A DNA stretch of 28,191 bases, taken from positions 1 to 28,191 of the forward strand of contig JBBILD010000030.1 in assembly GCA_037445065.1 (NCBI GenBank), written 5' to 3'. A model generated the notes under the pieces. That model worked only from the letters and a program-made list of their open reading frames with translations. It ran no database searches and was not told the DNA's origin. The DNA is from Myxococcales bacterium (GTDB lineage Bacteria; Desulfobacterota; Binatia; HRBIN30). Made by a program: the position numbers and the translations under genes. Positions within the stretch are counted from its first letter, which is position 1; each line of letters opens with the position of its first letter. Below are positions 1 to 7,021 of this stretch, in pieces.

Positions 1-51
1 CACCAGCAGCTCGATCAACGTGAAGCCTTTGTTGTCCCGGATTGCCTTCAT
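1..51 (-). CDS. pilA: Type IVa prepilin, probably the major pilin (N-terminal fragment; runs off the window edge)
   Basis: The reverse complement reads ATG AAG GCA ATC CGG GAC AAC AAA GGC TTC ACG TTG ATC GAG CTG CTG GTG = MKAIRDNKG/FTLIELLV, a class III signal peptide with the G|F-T-L-I-E motif. A strong AAGGAGG Shine-Dalgarno lies 5 nt upstream. It is absent from the ORF track because it is truncated. Major versus minor pilin is inferred from the sigma-54 promoter and the strong RBS. Confidence 0.85.
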   Translation of the reverse strand, partial: MKAIRDNKGFTLIELLV

Positions 52-235
52 TGTTTCCTCCTTACCCTTGCTTGTGATTACCGGCTTTGGCGCCGGCTGC
101 CTTCTCCTATTTTCTCGCTCACGTACTTTCGCGCCCTATCCACCTCCTGCCTGTGGCGAAGAGGCGGCTCGTTGGAACTTCATGCCTGACTAGGGCGGCC
201 TCGGTGCGGTGTGAATGTCCATGCTGCTTCGGAAA

Positions 236-251
236 AGCACATCGCGTGCCG
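236..251 (-). promoter_or_regulatory. Sigma-54 (RpoN) -24/-12 promoter for the pilin gene
   Basis: The minus strand reads CGGCACGCGATGTGCT, an exact GG-N10-GC spacing close to the TGGCACG-N4-TTGCW consensus, oriented toward pilA. The predicted TSS is near 225. pilA is RpoN/PilR-dependent in Pseudomonas, Myxococcus and Geobacter. Confidence 0.75.
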
Positions 252-359
252 AAGCGTCAAAGAGCTGGAAGTTCATTAAGGTTTGCACTTTCTTGCGGAC
301 CGGGGGCAGTCGCGAGCCGGGACCCTGCCATGATCATGGCGCCAAGCAAGGCTGGAAGT

Positions 360-388
360 CGCAAATGTGACGGTGTGGACAATTTGCG
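360..388. promoter_or_regulatory. Candidate upstream activator (bEBP/PilR-type) site
   Basis: Inverted repeat CGCAAAT-N15-ATTTGCG about 135-163 nt upstream of the predicted sigma-54 TSS, the usual enhancer distance. Confidence 0.4.
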
Positions 389-412
389 GCCATCTCAGAG
401 AGATACGCCCGG

Positions 413-982
413 TTGGATCGACTCGAGGCGTCGCTCGGCGATGCGTCTGCTGCTGCTGCTGGTGCCATGGCAGGTGCTTCGTGTCGAAGAAAGACCGATG
501 AGGGCGGCGAGGTTTGTTACTGGGAGATCCCCGAAAGGCCGGAATGCTCGATCGCGGCTAGCTTGTCTCCCGCTGTGGCATTTGGAGTGCGCGGAGAACT
601 GTTGCCGCCGGGATTCCGGGGTAAGCAGTGGCGCGCCCTTTCGGGAGAAGGCGATTTGCGCCCCGTCCGAGCCATCTACCTACTCTGGTTGCAGTACCAG
701 GCGCTAGTGCGCTCGATGTCGGGCGGCCAACGGGTGGTGCGAGAGACCTGGCGCCGAGGAGCACTTGTATCATGCGAGTCGAGGCCAGAGAGGTACTGGG
801 GCGGGGCTCAGCAGGCCAACTCGGCTGTTCCGGAAGCCGACGAAGGCTCTGGATGCATGCGCGCAGGACGAGAGCGCACCTTAGCGCCGGGCGCTTGGTG
901 GGTCGTCCGTTTACGGGGCAGCCACGCCGCTTTTGGACGGCAAGGGGTTCTAAGTCGGCGGGACGCGAGCGGAGGTGACTAG
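413..982 (+). CDS. Hypothetical protein (doubtful)
   Basis: A 189-aa TTG-start ORF, the most protein-like one in the gap (e.g. RAIYLLWLQYQALVRSM). It has no recognisable motif and no clear RBS. Confidence 0.2.
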   Translation: MDRLEASLGDASAAAAGAMAGASCRRKTDEGGEVCYWEIPERPECSIAASLSPAVAFGVRGELLPPGFRGKQWRALSGEGDLRPVRAIYLLWLQYQALVRSMSGGQRVVRETWRRGALVSCESRPERYWGGAQQANSAVPEADEGSGCMRAGRERTLAPGAWWVVRLRGSHAAFGRQGVLSRRDASGGD

Positions 983-1639
983 GCAGGTCGCCTTCCTCTC
1001 GCCCTCATGTCTGCCGCGCGGCCTTCGGGGGACCGCAGTCAGAGGATATGAATTCGAGAAGATCCGTAGCGCGATTGTTCAGGCTTGTACGCGCCGGTGT
1101 GCCCGGCCAGCACCTGCCATGTGCGATTCCCAGACTTGGCACCACCGAACCGGGTTCGCTGAGACGATAGTTCGCCGGAGTGACGAGGCCCGTGCCCAGG
1201 TGACCGTCGGGTTGAAACGACACCCACCATAAACGGCTACCATGGCTATGCGGTTGCTTACGTGCTGTTCCTGGACATCTGCCCTGGTGGCAACAACGTG
1301 GCCCCCGGGACGCGCAGGGCCCGCTCTGGTGGCGGGCCGTGGTGCGATGATTGGACACCAGGCCGGCTCGAGGCACGGGGAGACACAAGGCCAGGTCCTC
1401 CCACACCTTGGCGGCGGTTCGTTCCGTGGAGAGGCACGTTTCCCGCACCAGTGACGACACGCGCAACAGTGCGGAGGCAACCCTTGTGGTCCCCCGTCGG
1501 CTCCCGCAGTATGCCTTCCTCCAGCGCTCCCGTGTTTTCGGCACGGCTTGGTACGGCCGGTCCGGCAAAGAGCCTTCGCGCTCTGGCCCGCAAACGCTGG
1601 ATTACGGAACGCAGATAGAGGGCGCGTTTCTTCGATCGC

Positions 1640-2035
1640 CTACCGAGAGCCCTTGGCCTCCGCGGACTCCTGCCCTGGAAGGTGTTTGCTCACGAACTCC
1701 ACCAGTTGCCGGTGCGTGAAGGGCTTGCCCAGGTAACCTTCGCACCCCGCGTCACCGGCTGATTGCGCTAGAAACTCCCACACGTGTGCTGTGACCGCCA
1801 CGCAGGGGATATGCTGAGTTGCAGGATTCTTTTTGATTTGTTGGATCAGCTCCACGCCGCTGACCTTGGGCATGGCGAGGTCGGTCAGTACCAGGTCGGG
1901 CATTTGTTGTTGCACTTTGCGCAGGGCATCCTCGCCGCCGTAAGCAGGAATGACCACGTGTCCCGCAGCGCGCAGCGCGTGGACGATGATGCGCATCATG
2001 TCCGCATCGTCTTCGACTACCAGGATCTTCGCCAT
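1640..2035 (-). CDS. Single-domain response regulator (CheY/DivK-like receiver)
   Basis: KILVVEDD acidic pocket, PDLVLTDLAMP phosphoacceptor Asp, VTAH Thr and GKPF Lys; 131 aa with no output domain. Confidence 0.93.
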   Translation of the reverse strand: MAKILVVEDDADMMRIIVHALRAAGHVVIPAYGGEDALRKVQQQMPDLVLTDLAMPKVSGVELIQQIKKNPATQHIPCVAVTAHVWEFLAQSAGDAGCEGYLGKPFTHRQLVEFVSKHLPGQESAEAKGSR

Positions 2036-2058
2036 GAGCAGAGGTGACGTTACCAGTT

Positions 2059-3075
2059 TTACCGCAGGGATGCATCGGAAAAGTTTGCACTTCGGGGGAC
2101 CGCACTCATCGGCTGGCCCCGTGTGAGCATCTCCACCACTCGCTGCGAAAACTCCCCTGCGCTCGGCGGCAGCATCCCCGTGCGGATTGCTTCCAGGAAG
2201 GCTTCCGCGGCTAAGGCAAGAGGTTCCTCGTTTCCCCCGGCAATGGCGTCGCTCATTGCAAATTTCTGGATAGGAACCACGTTGGCCGTTACCTCGGCCG
2301 GGTCTGTCACTGCGAACTCGTAAAATTCGAGCTTCCGCTTCCCGAAACGGCCCTCGTAAACGAGCATGCCCCGCTCGCCGCTGACCGTCGCGGTAGCGAT
2401 TTTTACCGGTGCGATCCAGCTCACGTAGATGTGGATGGACGTACCATCTTCCAACTCGGCGACCCCGGCCGCCACGTCGGCTACGTTCGGCTGAAGGTAG
2501 GCAAAGCCACGTACGGCAATCTCGCGCAGCGGAGATTCGAACCAGTAATTGATAATGGAGAGGTCATGGGGAGCGGAATTCCACCACACGTCGGAGTCGC
2601 GCCGGATGCGGCCTTGCCCGAGCCGCTCGAAGGAGGCGTGGTACACGCGCCCGAGGCGGCCAGAGCGGATCCACTCCCGAGCTGTGCACACCAGGGGGTC
2701 GTACAGAAAGGTTTCGTCTACAAAGAGTTGCACTCCTGCTTTGCGGGCAAGTTCGACGAGTTCGCGGGCCTGTTCGGAACGTAGGGCCAACGGTTTTTCT
2801 ACCCAGCAGTGTTTGCCAGCCGAAAGCACGGTTCGCGCAATCCCGTAGTGCGTGGAGGGCGGGGTAGCCACGAGCACCGCGTCCAAGGGGCAGCTCTGCA
2901 ACATCGCCTCGACGCTGGCAAACGCGGGTAGCTGCCGAGCGAGAGCCTTGGCTGCCTGCGGGGTCTCGTCTGCCACCGCACACACCTCAGCACCGGGCAA
3001 GGCCTGGAACACGCGCAACAGGTTCTTGCCCCAGTACCCCGCCCCGACCAGTCCGACCCGCAGCCTCGCAGTCAT
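2059..3075 (-). CDS. Gfo/Idh/MocA family NAD-dependent oxidoreductase (probable nucleotide-sugar dehydrogenase)
   Basis: RVGLVGAGYWG Rossmann motif, ATPPSTH, EKPLA and APHD motifs. Start reassigned to ATG 3075 (MTARLRVG), which overlaps the upstream stop (ATGA). Confidence 0.9.
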   Translation of the reverse strand: MTARLRVGLVGAGYWGKNLLRVFQALPGAEVCAVADETPQAAKALARQLPAFASVEAMLQSCPLDAVLVATPPSTHYGIARTVLSAGKHCWVEKPLALRSEQARELVELARKAGVQLFVDETFLYDPLVCTAREWIRSGRLGRVYHASFERLGQGRIRRDSDVWWNSAPHDLSIINYWFESPLREIAVRGFAYLQPNVADVAAGVAELEDGTSIHIYVSWIAPVKIATATVSGERGMLVYEGRFGKRKLEFYEFAVTDPAEVTANVVPIQKFAMSDAIAGGNEEPLALAAEAFLEAIRTGMLPPSAGEFSQRVVEMLTRGQPMSAVPRSANFSDASLR

Positions 3076-4031
3076 GCCACCCCCGAACGATCCAACGCCC
3101 CGTAACTCGTCTCCTCCCGCATGGTCGACAGGCGAGAAAACTCCCTCCGGACCCGAAACACTCCCTCTCGCTGTGCGCGCAGGAAGCGGTCCAGGTTCCA
3201 CCAGATCAGTGCAGCCACCATCCCAGCCGGCACACTGAGCCAGAGCAGCCACCGCCACCCCAACAAAAACCCGCAAGCTGCCGCCAGCGCCAACCCCATC
3301 CAGGCGGCCCGCCAAAACAGCTCGTAGAACTCCGGCTTGGATAACAAAAACGGCATGGCCAAGAGGTCGCGCAGCACGATAATCGTGCGGCTGATGCCGT
3401 AGTGCGAGGTACCATGCTGGCGCCTGCGGTCTCGGACCTCCACTTCGGCGACTTCCGACGCTCGCACTCCGAGAATCGCTGGCAGGAAGCGGTTGAAACC
3501 GCGCGGCAACTGTACCCGCCGGGCGATTTCGGCCCGGTAGATCTTCAAGCCGCAGCCGTTGTCATGGAGGGGAACACGTGTGATCCAGCGAATCAATGCA
3601 TTGGCAATGCGCGAAGGCAGCACGCGCAGCACAAATCCCTCTTGCCTGTTGCGCCGCCAGCCGGAGACCACCGCGTATCCCTCTTGCAAAACGCGCCAGA
3701 GGCGCGGGATATCGGCTGGGTCGTTCTGCCCGTCGCCGTCGAGCGTAATGATCCAGCGCCCGCGCGCGGATTGGAATCCTGCTGTGAGTGCCCCCGCTTC
3801 CCCAACGTTCTCGGCCAAATCCAAGATGCGCAGTGCGGTACAGCGAGGCAGTTCCGCTTGGAGTTCGGCGAGCGTGGCGTCCTGGCTGCCGTCGTTGACG
3901 AACAGAATTTCGTACGAGCGTCCTAACGACTGCACCGCGGCTTCGATTTCGTGCAACAACGGCACCACATTACCGGCCTCGTTATAGACCGGCACCACCA
4001 CCGAAATTTCTGGAGCTTCGCGAAGCCTCAT
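3072..4031 (-). CDS. GT2 polyprenyl-phosphate glycosyltransferase (ArnC/GtrB-like, second copy)
   Basis: ISVVVPVYNE, VNDGSQD, LDGDGQNDP (DxD), SGWR, HDNGCGLK and two C-terminal hydrophobic helices. Start at ATG 4031 overlaps the upstream stop (ATGA). Confidence 0.9.
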   Translation of the reverse strand: MRLREAPEISVVVPVYNEAGNVVPLLHEIEAAVQSLGRSYEILFVNDGSQDATLAELQAELPRCTALRILDLAENVGEAGALTAGFQSARGRWIITLDGDGQNDPADIPRLWRVLQEGYAVVSGWRRNRQEGFVLRVLPSRIANALIRWITRVPLHDNGCGLKIYRAEIARRVQLPRGFNRFLPAILGVRASEVAEVEVRDRRRQHGTSHYGISRTIIVLRDLLAMPFLLSKPEFYELFWRAAWMGLALAAACGFLLGWRWLLWLSVPAGMVAALIWWNLDRFLRAQREGVFRVRREFSRLSTMREETSYGALDRSGVA

Positions 4032-5137
4032 TGCTGGAAGAAACGGCGCACGCTGTTTGCCACGTGCTCCACTTCGGCGTCGGTCAGATCGGGAAACACC
4101 GGCAGCGACAGAATCTCGCGCGCAAGCGCCTCCGCTCTGGGGAAGTGCAGGGGCACCGCATAGCTGGAGCGCCAGGCTGGTTGCTCGTGTAGAGGTACCG
4201 GATAATGGATCCCCGTTTCGATGCCGCAACCTTGCAGGTGCTTTTGCAAGGCGTCCCGCTCGGCGGTGCGGATCACGAACTGGTGGTACACACCCACCGC
4301 ACCCTCGACTTCCCAAGGGACGCGCACCGGAAGGTCGGCGAACCGCTCCCGATAGTACGCTGCGATTTGCCTGCGGCGCGCGTTCCGCTCATCGAGGTAG
4401 CGGAGTTTCACTCGCAGTACGACAGCTTGGAATTCGTCCAAACGACTGTTGAACCCATACAACTGGTGATCGTTCTTCTTTTGCTGGCCGTGCGCTTGTA
4501 ACAAACGCAACCTCTCAGCCAGCGACTCGAGATTTGTGGTTACGAAACCGGCATCGCCGTAAGCCCCGAGATTCTTCACCACGCCGGCACTAAAGCAGCC
4601 AGCCTGCCCAAAGCTGCCGACCCTCCTTCCCTGCCAACCGGCGCCATGGGCGTGAGAACAATCCTCGATGAGGGCTAGACCGTGTTGCTCGCACCATTCC
4701 ACCAGCGGCTGCATCGGAAGTGGGAGGCCGTACAGATGAACCACGATCACAGCACGTGTGCGAGGCGTGCGCTGCCATTCGAGCTGTTCGAGGTCGGGTC
4801 CGAGATGTTCTTCAGCGGTGTCGACCAAAACCGGAGTCGCGCCTGCATGATGAATCGCCTCCAAAGCCGCGATAAAAGCGTTGGCGTGCAGCAGCACCTC
4901 GTCTCGAGGCCCCACGCCCAGGCCGCGAAGGGCAAGCGCTAGGGCATCGGTTCCGGACGCGACGCCCACGGCGTGACGAGTGCCGGTGTACTCGGCAATT
5001 TCCTTCTCGAAGGCGGCCACATTTGCACCCTTGAGCAAGTGCATGGTGCTCAGCACTTTGCCCCATTCTTGTTCCAGCTCCGCACGCAGTTGCGTGTATT
5101 CGCGCTTGAGATCGAGCAACGGTACTTTGAGCGACAT
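4028..5137 (-). CDS. DegT/DnrJ/EryC1/StrS family PLP-dependent sugar aminotransferase
   Basis: VPLLDL, SGTDAL, VHLYG, EDCSHAHG, KNLGAYGDAG (Schiff-base Lys), GFNSRLDE, GIHYPVPLH and LSLPVFP; AGGAG RBS. Confidence 0.93.
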   Translation of the reverse strand: MSLKVPLLDLKREYTQLRAELEQEWGKVLSTMHLLKGANVAAFEKEIAEYTGTRHAVGVASGTDALALALRGLGVGPRDEVLLHANAFIAALEAIHHAGATPVLVDTAEEHLGPDLEQLEWQRTPRTRAVIVVHLYGLPLPMQPLVEWCEQHGLALIEDCSHAHGAGWQGRRVGSFGQAGCFSAGVVKNLGAYGDAGFVTTNLESLAERLRLLQAHGQQKKNDHQLYGFNSRLDEFQAVVLRVKLRYLDERNARRRQIAAYYRERFADLPVRVPWEVEGAVGVYHQFVIRTAERDALQKHLQGCGIETGIHYPVPLHEQPAWRSSYAVPLHFPRAEALAREILSLPVFPDLTDAEVEHVANSVRRFFQQ

Positions 5138-5170
5138 AGACTCTCCTAGCCCACAATCCGCCCGGCGCCC

Positions 5171-7021
5171 TCAGTCTGCGCTTCTCCGCTCCATGAGCAG
5201 GAGACGGGGTGTCCCTCGGTCTGGTACCGGTTTCAACGCAATCACGTGGTAAAACTTCCACAAAGACTCAGCCGAAGGCGAGGTCTCCCGAACGAGTAGG
5301 TAGCGGGGGCCTTGATCATCGATGCTTCCTTCGAAAACCGGTACGCGCCCGAACGAATAGTAAACCGCCTGGTAGTCAAAGGTGCGATAAAAGTAAACCG
5401 GATGGGGCGCAGTTCGCGCGCGCACGTCGCGCATGAAATCGCGCAGGGTCACTTGTTCCGCATAGGCTGGCAGGAACACCGTGCGTGTCCCGGTCACGAG
5501 CATCCACACGGCCACAGCCACGGCGAAGAGCCCTCGGCTCGGTTCGCCCCGGGAGAACCAGGACCGCGCGCCCCAAAACGCCAGTCCCGGGAGCGTAATG
5601 GCCGCCAACGCTTCCCAGATCGAAAGGCTGCCCAACAGGCCCTTGGCGGAGACCGTGCCACGCACCAGGTCGGCTAGTTGGAGCACGACCCACTCGTTGC
5701 CGACCCCTAGGCGCAACGCGCAGAACGCCAGGGCCGCGAACGCACACAGCACGGCGGCGGCGCTCGCCAGCCAGGCGAGGAACTGAGCGTAGGCCGGCCG
5801 CGAACGTTTGTTCTCTTCCCATTGTGCCCAGGCACGTGCTGTAAGCAGCGCCAGCGCCGGATACAGCGCGAGCAAGTATACGCCCCGTTTGCTCGCCGCC
5901 AATTGGTAAAAGGAGAACACCACCACAACCCAGCTCAACAGTTGCAGCTCGGGTGCAAGCCGGTTCCGCTCCTGCCACGTACGCCAGAGGGAGACGGCAA
6001 CGAGCGGCAGCAACAGACTCCAAGGGAGAAAGCCGAGCAGGAGTTGCCCCGGCAAGTAGAGGAGGCCGTGGCGGTGCCCTCCGCCGAAATCGGTATCGTC
6101 GAGAAACGTAAAGAGGTTCTCGGCGAGAATTTGCTTGCGAAAAAACGCGTACCCCCCCTGCCACAGTGCCAGCGCGTACCAGCTACCGGCGACGACGAGC
6201 ACGAAGAAGAGCCCCCGAAGCACCCGCAGCGCCCGGAGTTTCGCCCACGGGAAGCTCTCTCTGTAGCGACCTTCACGCCAAGCATCGTGGCGGAATTCGA
6301 GCATGAAGAGGACCAAAGCTGTAAGGGTCGGCAGAGCGATCCCTACCGGTCCTTTTCCGAGCGTGGCCCAGGCCATGCCTCCGTAAACCAAAACGAGCCA
6401 GCCGGGCCGCTCGGTACGCCAAAATGCGATCAGTCCGAGGAATGCCGCCTCCAGCCCGGCGGTCAGCGTCATGTCCACGCGGGCGTTGGTTGCAGCGCGC
6501 GCCCACTCGAACGAGGTGAGCAGGATGACGGCGGCGAAAAAGCCCGTGCGCAGCCCCCACCAAGCCGTACCCGCAGCGAACACCCCGAGGAGGCCGAACA
6601 GGGAAAGCAGGGCGGACGGGAAGCGGATGGTCGCCTCGTTGACGTCCCCGGCAGCCAGGGAGGTCAAAGCGCCGAGCCAGTGAAAGAGGGGCGGCTTCGA
6701 GGGCACCTCGGTGCCGTTACGGAGGGGAAGGATCCAGCCGCCTCCGTGTGTCATTTCCCACACCACCAGTCCCTCACGCGGCTCACCCTTGCTGTAAAAG
6801 GGCGCCGCGCCTAGCCGCCAGAGTGCGGCTCCGGCCCACAGCGTGATGATGATGGCAAGGTACAGGACGCCTAGGGCAGCCCGCTGGAGTCCACGCCCAG
6901 AATCAACGTGCGTACGGCCGCTGCCTGCGCTGCCTGGACTGGGGTCGGCAAGGCTAGCGCTCTCTACGCTGGCGCCGCTGGCAACCTGCGGTCCTGAAAA
7001 GCTGCCTTCACCCTCGCTCAT
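5171..7021 (-). CDS. ArnT/PMT-family (GT-C) integral membrane glycosyltransferase, divergent second copy
   Basis: GEPRE...WILP...KPPLFHW, RFPSAL, ARVDM, KGPVG, FLPWS and KRGVYLL motifs with many TM segments. Start likely ATG 7021 (ATGA overlap with the arnT stop); the track start is 7054. Confidence 0.88.
   Translation of the reverse strand: MSEGEGSFSGPQVASGASVESASLADPSPGSAGSGRTHVDSGRGLQRAALGVLYLAIIITLWAGAALWRLGAAPFYSKGEPREGLVVWEMTHGGGWILPLRNGTEVPSKPPLFHWLGALTSLAAGDVNEATIRFPSALLSLFGLLGVFAAGTAWWGLRTGFFAAVILLTSFEWARAATNARVDMTLTAGLEAAFLGLIAFWRTERPGWLVLVYGGMAWATLGKGPVGIALPTLTALVLFMLEFRHDAWREGRYRESFPWAKLRALRVLRGLFFVLVVAGSWYALALWQGGYAFFRKQILAENLFTFLDDTDFGGGHRHGLLYLPGQLLLGFLPWSLLLPLVAVSLWRTWQERNRLAPELQLLSWVVVVFSFYQLAASKRGVYLLALYPALALLTARAWAQWEENKRSRPAYAQFLAWLASAAAVLCAFAALAFCALRLGVGNEWVVLQLADLVRGTVSAKGLLGSLSIWEALAAITLPGLAFWGARSWFSRGEPSRGLFAVAVAVWMLVTGTRTVFLPAYAEQVTLRDFMRDVRARTAPHPVYFYRTFDYQAVYYSFGRVPVFEGSIDDQGPRYLLVRETSPSAESLWKFYHVIALKPVPDRGTPRLLLMERRSAD

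Noticed and set aside
52..138. Geobacter-style long PilA isoform from an upstream in-frame start
   Set aside because: There is no in-frame ATG, GTG or TTG between the TAG at 136-138 and the ATG at 51.
447..461. (CTG)5 trinucleotide run
   Set aside because: It is short, frame-preserving and not within a credible gene, so it is too weak to call a contingency locus.
1385..1500. Loose cobalamin-riboswitch-like words on the minus strand (GCCTCCGCACTGT, GTCACTG..GGGAA, GAGGACCTGGCC)
   Set aside because: The conserved 5' GGGAA...GGTG.AA.TCC core is missing, the B12 box is poor, and no B12-related gene lies downstream. An Rfam scan would settle it.
1005..1618. Several overlapping 70-187 aa ORFs on both strands
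   Set aside because: They have Arg/Pro/Gly/Cys-rich composition, no motifs and no RBS, typical of spurious ORFs in GC-rich DNA.
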